Source: Planctomycetota bacterium (GTDB taxonomy: Bacteria > Planctomycetota > Planctomycetia > Pirellulales > Lacipirellulaceae). From it: DNA of 42,383 nt. Position 1 is the first letter of the stretch; each line of letters opens with the position of its first letter. A model generated the notes under the pieces. The model did not search any database and was not told where the DNA came from. It was given only the letters and a program-made list of their open reading frames with translations. The stretch covers positions 1-42,383 of the forward strand of contig JBCCXZ010000032.1 of assembly GCA_039190745.1 (NCBI GenBank), given 5' to 3'. Below are positions 8,833 through 17,647 of this stretch, one piece after another. The translations under genes and the position numbers were made by a program.

Positions 8833-9195
8833 TTACTCGTCCGATTCGGCCGGGCTGTCCGCCGACATCTCGGAGCCGGCCTGCCGCGAATCGGGGTTCC
8901 GGCTTTTCTGGACGACCTTCTCTTTATACTTACGCAGCTGCTGCTCAATCTTCTGCACCGCCGCATCGACGGCCGAGAGCAGGTTCTCCGACTCGGTCTG
9001 AGCCACGAAGTCATGCTTGTGTTCTGCGGAGACGTTCAAGTGGACCCCCGGTCTGTGGGCGTCCTTTAAGTCCGCCGTCAGTTCGACGGCGGTCAACCGA
9101 TCGAAGAAGCGGTGTACCTTGGCCAGCTTCTGCTCGATTTTCGATTTGGTCTCTTCGCTGATTTGCCCGTGCCGGGTGGCGATGCTCACTTGCAC
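8833..9195 (-). CDS. raiA: Ribosome hibernation factor (RaiA/HPF, short form)
   Basis: MQVSIATRHGQIS...SAVDAAVQKIEQQLRKYKEK, located upstream of EIIA. Confidence 0.92.
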   Translation of the reverse strand: MQVSIATRHGQISEETKSKIEQKLAKVHRFFDRLTAVELTADLKDAHRPGVHLNVSAEHKHDFVAQTESENLLSAVDAAVQKIEQQLRKYKEKVVQKSRNPDSRQAGSEMSADSPAESDE

Positions 9196-9383
9196 AGTCT
9201 TGGTTCTCCGTGATCGGGCCGGGGAGCCGCCGCCGAGGGCAGGCCGATGGGTCGGCCCTCCGAACCCCCCTCAGATCCTCCAGCTTAGCGATTATCGCGT
9301 GGGTCGACAAACGGACCTCCGCCGCAGAAGCCCCGCCTGGGATCGTTCCAACGGGGGTTGATCTCGGCCTCCGCGGGCGGGAA

Positions 9384-11852
9384 CTACGGGCCCGCCGGGC
9401 GGAGTTCCCCCCGGTCGAGCCGGGCCCAGAGGCGTTTCTTGGCCCGCTCGCGGTCGTCTTTCCGCTTGGTGGGGGTGTAGCCCTCCAGGTTCTTGGTTGC
9501 GGTGATCTGGCAGAGGTTGTGGTACGCCAGCACGCGGACATCCAGGGAACTGTCGTCCAGCCAGGAAATCAGCTCCGAGAGAACACCCTCGCGGCTCTGC
9601 CACTCGTCGGGCGTCGTGCCGATTTCCTCCGGCGAGAAACCGCGGATGAGCTTCATCAGCCGTTCCGCGTCGCTCGGGTTGCGTTGGCTGAGCAGGGCGT
9701 CGCGTACCTGAGCGGCCGCCTCGGGGCTCAGGGTCAGCGCCTGCCGGAGGGCCTCGATGTGCTGGTCCCACACGTTGGCGGCCTGCTCGTCCCCAAGCTC
9801 ACGGACAAACGGCTCGTACTCGCCGACGTAGAGGCTGGCCTCGGCGATCAGGGCCCGGTTCTCGGGGCGACGCCCCTCGTCGCTGCGGTCGAAGATGGCT
9901 AACAGCGTTGGGCCCACCGGCTTCTCGGGCTCGATCCGTCCCGCGAGCATCGAACGGGCTCGCCCCTGCGACCGTCGTACTTCTTGGCCTCGGACCCAGA
10001 CCGGGGGCTCGACATTAGCGCGGCTGGCGATGTCCTGGCCGTCAATGGTGCTCCATGCATCGGCGGCCATCACTTCTCTCTCCACCGGATCCTCGATACC
10101 GGCAAGGCTGCCGGTCACCGATGCCGAGCCCTGCAAGAGGTACCAATCGGCCCGCACCGGCGCCGCCGTGTTCTCGTGATCGGCTCCGCTGACGAAAATC
10201 CGTTGAACGCGGACGCCCAACTGCGACCCGGGCTGCAACTCGATCAGCTTCACGTCCCCGGCCACTGCGAGCGCCAGTGAGGCGCCCCCCGCCGAGTTGA
10301 CGATCAGGTGCCCGTAGACCAGTTCGAGCACCAACGCACGGTCCGGCACGCCCTCGGGACGCTCCGAGCCGACCGGAAACGAGAGCTGCGTCGCGCCGCC
10401 GACAGAGACATTTAGATCGTCCAGGACGATCAGCGAGTTGTAGGAGGGCAGATTCAGCAGGCGGTCGCCCGTCGAGACGGGGGTTTGCGTTTCTATGCGG
10501 AACCAGTCCCTCTGATCGGCATCCCAAGAGAGGAGGACGTCCTTGGCCTTGCCGGTTGCGTCAGTGCCGCCGAAGTAGAAGCCGATCGGCACCGGTCCGC
10601 TAGCTACGGCCGCCGGCACTTCCGCTTCTGCTTCCTCCGCGGCTGGCAAGTCTCCGTTAGCAGGCCCGATCGAGCCGGCCAACGAAGCATCTTCTAGACC
10701 GGGCTCCCCAGCAGATTCGCCCACGCCTTCTCCTGTCTCGCCCGGGAGCTCAAACGGCACTCCGGATTCTTCAGACCCCAAATCGGCCGTAGCCATCGCG
10801 AGCGAATCTTCCAATCCAGAGGCGCCTCCTCGTGGGGTTACTTCGTCATCGCCGCGCGCAACAGCTACTGCGGACGTCTCGGAGGGTTTTTCCAGCGGGT
10901 CTTCTGAAGGTTCCGTTTCTGGCTCAGTGCCTGCCGCTTCTTCAGAGCTCTGCGTGTTAAACGCGGGCGCCTCCTCAGCTTCATCGGTTTCGCGCCCCTC
11001 TGTTTCCGTCGGATCTCCGCTCAGGGTGTCGAAGGCGGGCGCTTCTGTTTCGGAAGTCGCGCCCGGCGTCGGAGTCGGGTCGGCTTCCTGCATCTCGCCG
11101 ACAACCAAGCCGCCGCTGAGCGCGTCGGCATCGATCGCCGCGACCTCTGCCGGCAGGTCAGGTTCTTCGAGCGCGCCCAGGCCGAAGTAGCCGACGATCG
11201 CCAGGACGGCCGCGGCGGCGATGAACAATCTCCTGCTCCTTATCTTCGACTGCTGCGCTTCTCGCAGGTACGCCGGCAATTCGTGCTCCGCGGTCGGAAC
11301 CGGTTCCGGCGCCGCCTGGGGGCTGCTCGTCACGGGCATTGGCGGCTGCGGCGCCGCGGCGACTTCCGGTTCCGGCGTGACCGCGGGCGGGCCGTTGGGG
11401 ACTGGATTGCTGGGGGCTGGGCCGCCAGGGACTGTGCCGCTGGGAATCTCATAAAGCCGACGCTTCATATCTGCGTCGATCTCGACCGGCTCGACCAGCA
11501 CCATCCGCAGGATCTGGTGGCAAGCTGCGGCCTCGGCCAAGTACATGTCTGCCTCGACGCCCGGCTCGAGGCACACCCGCTCGAACTCGGGAACCTGTTC
11601 AGGCGGCAGAGTGTTGTCCAGGTACTCCGCCGTGACGTTTGCATCGCCGTTAAATCCTTCATCCAGCACGTCGTCGGAATCCGGCAGGACTTCCGGCGCG
11701 CCCAACCGCAGCCGCCGGACCGAATCGCGGATACGGTGGATCAGGTCGCTGGCGAAGTCGCTCGCCTCGATCTTCTCGTTGAGGTCTCGTTGCTCCTCGG
11801 GCTCGAGAATGTCGTCCATGTAGGCCAGGAGGGTCCTGAGCGTGAGTCGCAT
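9384..11852 (-). CDS. Large single-pass membrane protein (anti-sigma-like N-terminus, acidic linker, FecR-like segment)
   Basis: 822-aa ORF with LLAYMDDIL and EYLDNTL motifs, a hydrophobic segment LFIAAAAVLAIVGYFGLG, an E/P/T-rich linker and a beta-rich then helical C-terminus. Confidence 0.85.
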   Translation of the reverse strand: MRLTLRTLLAYMDDILEPEEQRDLNEKIEASDFASDLIHRIRDSVRRLRLGAPEVLPDSDDVLDEGFNGDANVTAEYLDNTLPPEQVPEFERVCLEPGVEADMYLAEAAACHQILRMVLVEPVEIDADMKRRLYEIPSGTVPGGPAPSNPVPNGPPAVTPEPEVAAAPQPPMPVTSSPQAAPEPVPTAEHELPAYLREAQQSKIRSRRLFIAAAAVLAIVGYFGLGALEEPDLPAEVAAIDADALSGGLVVGEMQEADPTPTPGATSETEAPAFDTLSGDPTETEGRETDEAEEAPAFNTQSSEEAAGTEPETEPSEDPLEKPSETSAVAVARGDDEVTPRGGASGLEDSLAMATADLGSEESGVPFELPGETGEGVGESAGEPGLEDASLAGSIGPANGDLPAAEEAEAEVPAAVASGPVPIGFYFGGTDATGKAKDVLLSWDADQRDWFRIETQTPVSTGDRLLNLPSYNSLIVLDDLNVSVGGATQLSFPVGSERPEGVPDRALVLELVYGHLIVNSAGGASLALAVAGDVKLIELQPGSQLGVRVQRIFVSGADHENTAAPVRADWYLLQGSASVTGSLAGIEDPVEREVMAADAWSTIDGQDIASRANVEPPVWVRGQEVRRSQGRARSMLAGRIEPEKPVGPTLLAIFDRSDEGRRPENRALIAEASLYVGEYEPFVRELGDEQAANVWDQHIEALRQALTLSPEAAAQVRDALLSQRNPSDAERLMKLIRGFSPEEIGTTPDEWQSREGVLSELISWLDDSSLDVRVLAYHNLCQITATKNLEGYTPTKRKDDRERAKKRLWARLDRGELRPAGP

Positions 11853-12010
11853 AGTGAGTTGCCTGCGCGGTTCGCGGCTGATCGGAGGGCCAAAAGGAGG
11901 CGGCCAACTCGGAAGGGGCGCAAAGTGCCCATTTCTTTGTTAGTGGCCCTAGCCCCGGCAACCCGTACAAGAAAACCCAGTAACCGCGAAATCCAGCGGG
12001 CGAGGGCGCT

Positions 12011-12346
12011 TCAGACCAAGCGGTAGGCGTTCGAAGCCGCCTCGGAGGCGTCGGTCGATGGCCGTCGGTGATCGTGGACGGTCTGGCCGTAGTGCGAGAA
12101 GCCTAGGAGCGCCATCACCGAGACCCCCGCCTGCAAGGCCGCCACCAGCAGCGGGTGCAGGACGCCGGGCGAGCTGGGGGACGGGGCCGCAAGCGCCGAA
12201 CTGCGCTCCCAGCCATCGGCCGTGCGGACCCAGTCTGAGCTTGCGCCTGTCGATCCGTAGACCAAACCCAAGGTCTGTTCGTCAAACGCGGCGAAGCACC
12301 GGCAGAGTACGGCGACGATCGTCACAGTTAGTAGGAGTCGCAGCAA
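12011..12346 (-). CDS. Small hypothetical membrane protein
   Basis: Hydrophobic N-terminus, WVRTADGWE motif and a second hydrophobic segment HPLLVAALQAGVSVMALLGF. TTG start. Confidence 0.6.
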   Translation of the reverse strand: MLRLLLTVTIVAVLCRCFAAFDEQTLGLVYGSTGASSDWVRTADGWERSSALAAPSPSSPGVLHPLLVAALQAGVSVMALLGFSHYGQTVHDHRRPSTDASEAASNAYRLV

Positions 12347-12763
12347 CAGCGGGCCCCGATCAGCGGCGAGAAGAGTGGCACGCCGAACCGAGTCGCAATG
12401 GCCATACCGCGGAGCCTCGGACCACTCGTGCCTCGTTCTTGCCCGCAGAAAGCGCTGCTAGGCGTTGAAAACACCGCCCGCGCGCGCGGCCTGAGGGCAA
12501 CAGCGCTCGCCGGGCGCGTTGAGAAACCGCAACACCCAGGCGGAAACGCCGGGCCGGCGCCGCAAGGTTTGCCTGGGCGGTGGATGCCGTGCAACGGCCC
12601 AACTCTTCGTGCCGCGCGCCAGCGGAGCGCCAGTCTCCCACGATCCCGGAATCCCGCGCTCTCTGGCGTCACGCTTCCCGGCAAGCGGGTAGAGTTGAGT
12701 AGCTCATCAAGGAAGCGCCCGTTTCGGGCTCGATCACTCCCTCGTCACCGCGCCGCGTCGGTC

Positions 12764-12789
12764 GGAACCGCCGCGCACGCCGCACCGTA
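12764..12789 (+). promoter_or_regulatory. Candidate ECF-sigma promoter (GGAAC-N17-CGTA)
   Basis: GGAAC at 12764-12768, 17-nt spacer, CGTA at 12786-12789, ending 9 nt before an ATG that has no SD. Confidence 0.5.
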
Positions 12790-12798
12790 TCACTCCCC

Positions 12799-13314
12799 AT
12801 GACTGCCGCTACTAGAGAATCGCTGCGCAAAACGCGGCGCGAAGCCGAGGGGTACCTCGAACTCGGCCTGCCAGAGCACGCGCTCCGCTCGCTTCGCCGC
12901 CGCAGCGACCTGATCTACCACGACGCCAGGGGCTGCTACCTGGTGGGCGAAACGCTACGCGAGCTGCAGCTGTACAGCCAGGCGGTCCGCCCGCTGCAGC
13001 GGGCTCTAGAACTGATCCCCGACGACGTGCACGCCTGGATGGCCCTCGGCTGGTGCTACAAGCGGATCGGCCGCATCGAGATGGCGATCGATTCGCTCGA
13101 GCACGCGCTGGCCGTCGAGCCGGGGCTAGCCGTGCTGCACTACAACATGGCCTGCTACTGCAGCCTGGCCCGTCGCCGCCGCCTGGCGCTGCAGCACCTG
13201 GGCGACGCGCTGGACATCGACGGCAACTTCCGCGACTTCCTCGCCTACGAGACCGACTTCGCGCCGCTCCGCACCGACCCCGGCTTCCGCGGCTTTCTAG
13301 GCGAGGCGACCTAG
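12799..13314 (+). CDS. Tetratricopeptide repeat protein
   Basis: TPR patterns ALELIPDDVHAWMALGWCY and ALAVEPGLAVLHYNMACYCS, with a C-terminal DFAPLRTDPGF cap. Confidence 0.88.
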   Translation: MTAATRESLRKTRREAEGYLELGLPEHALRSLRRRSDLIYHDARGCYLVGETLRELQLYSQAVRPLQRALELIPDDVHAWMALGWCYKRIGRIEMAIDSLEHALAVEPGLAVLHYNMACYCSLARRRRLALQHLGDALDIDGNFRDFLAYETDFAPLRTDPGFRGFLGEAT

Positions 13315-13336
13315 CGACGCCTTGAGGGCTGCGCAG

Positions 13337-13375
13337 AAAAAACCCCGGCCGACGCATGCCGCGTCGACCGGGGGG
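13337..13375 (-). terminator. Intrinsic terminator downstream of the BBP7 gene
   Basis: Stem CCCCGGCCGACGC/GCGTCGACCGGGG with an adjacent A6, which reads U6 on the minus strand. Confidence 0.75.
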
Positions 13376-13431
13376 AGCAGGGGGATTCGATTGAACTCTG
13401 TCTAAGCAGCCGCCTCAGGCAGCGTCGCGGA

Positions 13432-15357
13432 TCAGAACATCCACTCCACGCCGGCCTGCAGGCCGTGCACGATCAGCGAACCGTTGCTGTGGATGTAAGC
13501 CAAGTTGTTGGAAGTGCTGAACTCGTGCGGCGTCTGGTCAACCGACAGGGCCACGCCGGAGATGGCCAAAGCACGCCAGCCGCCGTAGAGGCGCCAGTGG
13601 CACCACGGGCGGTAGCTGATGCCGGCCCGGATCTCGCCGAGCATGGCGAAGTCTTCGTCAGAGACGGTCGAGGCTACGGGCGTCCCCTCGTTGGAGTAGG
13701 TCACGTCGCCGCCGGTGAAGAACCGGGTCGCTTCCATGTCGTTGGCGAACACGCCGACCACGGTGTTGCAGTGCAGGGCCCACTTGCCTTGGCAGCCAAG
13801 GTGGTAGACGCCGTTGCAGCCCCACTGGGCGCCGTACAGCTCGTTGTCGACCAGCGAGTTCCACTCAACGTAACCCGTGGCGGCACTGGTGGTGTTCTCC
13901 CAGTCCGACCGCAAGAAGAAGTTGTCGTCGAACCGCAGGAAGCGGAAGCCGAATACCGACGAGATCGAGCACCGCGATCCGCAACCGCAGTTGAGCTGCG
14001 GCAGCTTGATCAGGTTGAACTCGGCGTTCTGCATCGAGAAATTGGTCCGCATGGTAAGGCTGCGGATCTCGACGTCGTTGGTGCCCACGGGGTTGCCGTA
14101 GTCGTAGTAGTCGTTCAGCGGGCGTGCGCCGGCGCCGGCGTCGTACTGGGCTCCCACCCAGGGCTTCTTGCCGTAGGTCCGCCAGGCGTCGCCGGCGGTG
14201 TCGAAGACCTGGAACTGGGTGTCGTCTTCGGCGAGGCCCCAGTAGACGCCTTCCCAAGCCCAGCGGGGACCGCAGCCGCAGCCGCCGCAACAACCGGCGT
14301 CGCAGCCGCAACCGCCTCCCATGCCGCCGCCGAGGCCCACGCCCCCGCCGTGGCTGACGAAGCCGCCGCCGAAGGTCGAGCCGAACCGCACTTCAGCTCC
14401 GCCCTGGTAGTCGTAGTCGATGTCGCGGGTGCTCATCACCACCTCAGACGGGTGCGGGTAGTAGCCGGCCCCGTTCGCGGTGGAGGTGGTGTAGGCGAGG
14501 TCGATCGACGCTTTGTTGTCGACACGCTCCATCAGTAGGCCGTAGACGCCGCCGAACCATTGGCGACGAGGCCTGCAGCCGTGCTTCAGCCCGCGACCGA
14601 GGTACCCGCTGTCGCAACCGCCGACGCCGCAGGAGCCGTCCGCACAGCCGTAAACGCTGGCCGCACCGGTCTCACAGGTGCTGCAACCGGGCTGGCCCAT
14701 CGGTGCATGTTGCGGGATGGGCTGCCCGTAGGTCTGGTCCATCGGGGCGTGCACCGTCGGCGAGCCGAGTTCCACCCCGGGCATCACCGGCTCGGTCACC
14801 ACCGGAGCGCCGACGCCGCCCGCGGGAACCTGTGCCCGACGCATCGACATCGCCGTGTACTGTGGGGCGCCCGGCTGGAACGCCCCGGAAGTGGCGGCGG
14901 CAGCGTGGGGCTGCACGTATCCGGGTTGCGAGCCGTAGCTGGTTGGCGGGGCGCTTTGCGAAGCGGCCTGCTGCGACGCAGCGGCTTGGCCTACGAAGGT
15001 TGTCCCTACGGGAGTTTGGGTCGCTACGGGCGAGAACTGCTGGGGAGCTGCCGTGCCCACGCCGGCCACGCTCGGCGTGCCGTAACGACCGCCCGTCGAG
15101 AAGTTGGTCTGCGGGGCCTGAACGGTCTGGCCGAATGCCTGGCCAGACATCGGACCCGGCACGGGGCGGTATCCGCCGCCTTGCAGGTTCTGGTACGGCG
15201 TCTGAACGGGCGTTGTCTGCACCGTCTGCACCGCGGTCTGCACGCTGTTCGGTTGATAGCCAACAAACTGCGCCGCCGCCGGGGCGACGGTCATCGCGGT
15301 GAGCGAGGCCGCCCACAACGCGCCGGCCAAGCACCGGCTGATCCTGTGAACTCGCAT
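13432..15357 (-). CDS. BBP7-type outer-membrane beta-barrel protein
   Basis: Signal peptide, Q/P-rich linker, Cys/Gly-rich patches, GFRFLRFDD, NELYGAQWG and a C-terminal SLIVHGLQAGVEWMF ending in Phe. Confidence 0.8.
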   Translation of the reverse strand: MRVHRISRCLAGALWAASLTAMTVAPAAAQFVGYQPNSVQTAVQTVQTTPVQTPYQNLQGGGYRPVPGPMSGQAFGQTVQAPQTNFSTGGRYGTPSVAGVGTAAPQQFSPVATQTPVGTTFVGQAAASQQAASQSAPPTSYGSQPGYVQPHAAAATSGAFQPGAPQYTAMSMRRAQVPAGGVGAPVVTEPVMPGVELGSPTVHAPMDQTYGQPIPQHAPMGQPGCSTCETGAASVYGCADGSCGVGGCDSGYLGRGLKHGCRPRRQWFGGVYGLLMERVDNKASIDLAYTTSTANGAGYYPHPSEVVMSTRDIDYDYQGGAEVRFGSTFGGGFVSHGGGVGLGGGMGGGCGCDAGCCGGCGCGPRWAWEGVYWGLAEDDTQFQVFDTAGDAWRTYGKKPWVGAQYDAGAGARPLNDYYDYGNPVGTNDVEIRSLTMRTNFSMQNAEFNLIKLPQLNCGCGSRCSISSVFGFRFLRFDDNFFLRSDWENTTSAATGYVEWNSLVDNELYGAQWGCNGVYHLGCQGKWALHCNTVVGVFANDMEATRFFTGGDVTYSNEGTPVASTVSDEDFAMLGEIRAGISYRPWCHWRLYGGWRALAISGVALSVDQTPHEFSTSNNLAYIHSNGSLIVHGLQAGVEWMF

Positions 15358-15713
15358 TCGTACGGTCTCCTAACGAAAGGTGTCCCGTCGGCCCGCGGGC
15401 GATAGGCGCCGTGGATCGGAGTCTGCCTGGGTCGGCAGAGGGTCCCGCTGCTCCGAAGTTGGCCGGTAGGTGGGATTGCGCGACTCGGACGCGTTAGCAC
15501 GCCCCGACAATCCCATCGACCGTCACTGGCCGCACAGTTGGCACTCGATTGCCCCGGCGCGACTGTTTTTTTGGGGGCATCCAGGACGACCGGAGCAACC
15601 GTTATCCCTTGCCAGAGCGGCGCGGAAGAATCCGCAGAGTTTGCGCCGTTTACCAAGGGCGGCCAGCGCAGCATGCACGCACAAGTGAACGGCAGCGGGC
15701 AGGACCGACGGGC

Positions 15714-16547
15714 CTAGGCAGCGCGAGAGACGCCGGCGCCGGCATCGTCGGCATTCCCGGCGTCCTGCGCGACCACTTCCGAAGCCAGTGACGCATAGTC
15801 GGCCGCGCCCGCAGAGTGCGGTGCGTAGCCGAAGATCGAACGCCCGAAGCTCGGGGCCTCCGCGAGCCGGATGTTCCGCCGCACGCGGGTCTCGAACACC
15901 CGCGCACTCGACGCCGCACCGTTTGGACCCCCTTGGGCGAAGTAGCCTTCCACGTCCTCGGTCACTTCTGCTGCGAGCCGGGTGCCCGACTCGAACAGGC
16001 ACAGTACCACACCGGAGAGCCGCAACCGATCGTTCAACCGACGCGAGACCAGCTCGATCGTCTGCAGCAGCTTGCTCAGCCCGTGCAGCGCCAGGAAGTG
16101 CGGCTGCAGCGGCAGGAACACTTCTTCCACCGCGGAGAGCGCGTTGATCGTGAGGATGCCCAGCGAGGGCGGGCAGTCCAGCAGCACATAGTCCAAAGGC
16201 AGCGACTGATTTGATTCAGTCAACTTGTCGCGGAGGATGACCTCGCGACCCACGACGCCTGCCAGTTCCACTTCCGCGGCCGCGAGGTCGAGGTGCGAAG
16301 GGGCAACCCAGAGGTTTTCCTCGGCCTGATCCCACACGTCGGCCAGCGGCGTGTCGCCCGTCAGGGCGTCGTACATCGTCGGGCGGTCGCCTTGCCCCCG
16401 TCCCAGGTGGAGCGAGGCGTGCGCCTGCGGGTCCATGTCGATCAGCCCTACGCGGAACCCCTGGGCGGCGAGGGCCGCGCTCAGGTTGACTGAGGTGGTG
16501 GTTTTGCCCACCCCGCCTTTTTGGTTCATGATCGCGATCGATCGCAT
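15714..16547 (-). CDS. ParA/Soj family ATPase
   Basis: [10 protein letters not shown] deviant Walker [18 protein letters not shown] and [13 protein letters not shown]. Confidence 0.93.
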   Translation of the reverse strand: MRSIAIMNQKGGVGKTTTSVNLSAALAAQGFRVGLIDMDPQAHASLHLGRGQGDRPTMYDALTGDTPLADVWDQAEENLWVAPSHLDLAAAEVELAGVVGREVILRDKLTESNQSLPLDYVLLDCPPSLGILTINALSAVEEVFLPLQPHFLALHGLSKLLQTIELVSRRLNDRLRLSGVVLCLFESGTRLAAEVTEDVEGYFAQGGPNGAASSARVFETRVRRNIRLAEAPSFGRSIFGYAPHSAGAADYASLASEVVAQDAGNADDAGAGVSRAA

Positions 16548-16682
16548 GGCACTGGGCACGCTTGGGTGAACAGGTCGGGGAGAGACAGATCGGGACCCCG
16601 CGGGCTTCATTCGACGGGCCGCGGAGTATAGGAGTCCGTCCGGGGCGGTCCCAGCCCACTCCCCATTCAGCGAGAATCAGTG

Positions 16683-17171
16683 CTAGCGTGCCTCATCTGC
16701 GGGTTTTTCTGGGGCGATGAGCCCCAGCGCAGTGAAATAATCAGTGAGCGATTTCGCGATCGGCGCACACGAGACGGTGCGGTGGAAACCGCCCGTTTTG
16801 TCGACCCGGCCGATGGCGAGGCAGTCCCCGGAAACCGCAAACTCGGCGGCCCGCTCTCCTTTGTGGAGCCGGAACTGCCACCGCCAATCGGTCGCGGCCG
16901 GGTCTGGCGTCACGGTCCAGTCGAAGCTGCGATCGAGTGCCAAGAAGTGCTGCATGTGCACGAGGCCCTTGGCTTGGGCGAGCTCCTGCCAGTCCCCGTC
17001 CGGCAAATCGCGCACCGCCAGGTCGGCTTGTTCGACCAGGAGTTGGGCCCCGATAGGGTCCCAGAACTCAAGCGACTGTCGGGTCGCGTCGAACCGCACC
17101 CACCAGGCAACCCCCCCGGCGGCCAGTCCCAGAGAGCAAAGCCCGACCACAAACCAACGACTCGTGCTCAT
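16683..17171 (-). CDS. Hypothetical membrane-anchored protein
   Basis: ATG preceded by SD AAGGA, N-terminal hydrophobic helix and protein-like composition. Confidence 0.65.
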   Translation of the reverse strand: MSTSRWFVVGLCSLGLAAGGVAWWVRFDATRQSLEFWDPIGAQLLVEQADLAVRDLPDGDWQELAQAKGLVHMQHFLALDRSFDWTVTPDPAATDWRWQFRLHKGERAAEFAVSGDCLAIGRVDKTGGFHRTVSCAPIAKSLTDYFTALGLIAPEKPADEAR

Positions 17172-17187
17172 AGCGTCCTTCTTCGAT

Positions 17188-17215
17188 TGATCCGAGACAT
17201 CTGATCCGAGACATC
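17188..17215. repeat. Perfect 14-bp tandem duplication
   Basis: TGATCCGAGACATC occurs twice (17188-17201, 17202-17215). Confidence 0.9.
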
Positions 17216-17347
17216 CAGTTAGGGTGGTCGCGGTAGCTTCCGGTGGGATGGGGCCGTCAGTATACTGTGGCCCTCACGGGGCCCTCGCGGGGAACGCCGG
17301 CCTGCTGTCTCTTAAATGCCAGTACTCAACAGCACATTTGATCCAAT

Positions 17348-17572
17348 ATGGCGGACAAGTTTGATCCTTACCGCGAAGCCCTCGTGATGGAAACCACCAC
17401 CGAGTGGCCCGACGAGTATGCGGGGATGGACGCCCAAGACCGGGCCCGGTTCGAGCACCTGCTGCACGCCAGCCCCGACGAGGCGGCGCAGCTGCAGTAC
17501 GTCCGCACGCACACCGGGTTCTGCCGACACATCGTCGTGACGCCCGAAGACATCGAGCGGCTGTCGGAGTAA
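17348..17572 (+). CDS. Small hypothetical protein (74 aa)
   Basis: MADKFDPYREALVMET...YVRTHTGFCRHIVVTPEDIERL, with strong G/C third-position bias; lies upstream of aroB. Confidence 0.75.
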   Translation: MADKFDPYREALVMETTTEWPDEYAGMDAQDRARFEHLLHASPDEAAQLQYVRTHTGFCRHIVVTPEDIERLSE

Positions 17573-17647
17573 CCCCGGCACGCTACGCGGCACGATCGAT
17601 CCCACGGCGGGCAATTCTCAACCGGCCATCTAGACGCGAGGCAGCCT

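Noticed and set aside
9196..9383. Possible raiA-motif RNA upstream of raiA/hpf
   Set aside because: Only a modest GC hairpin is present. The space is limited and I recognised none of that motif's conserved segments.
10600..11170. Lower-GC stretch suggesting foreign DNA
   Set aside because: It lies in frame within the 822-aa gene and encodes a fast-evolving acidic linker, with no mobile-element hallmarks.
12462..12530. Two GCGTTGA-A-rich-ACCGC direct repeats
   Set aside because: Short, imperfect and only two copies, so not a CRISPR array and not distinguishable from chance.
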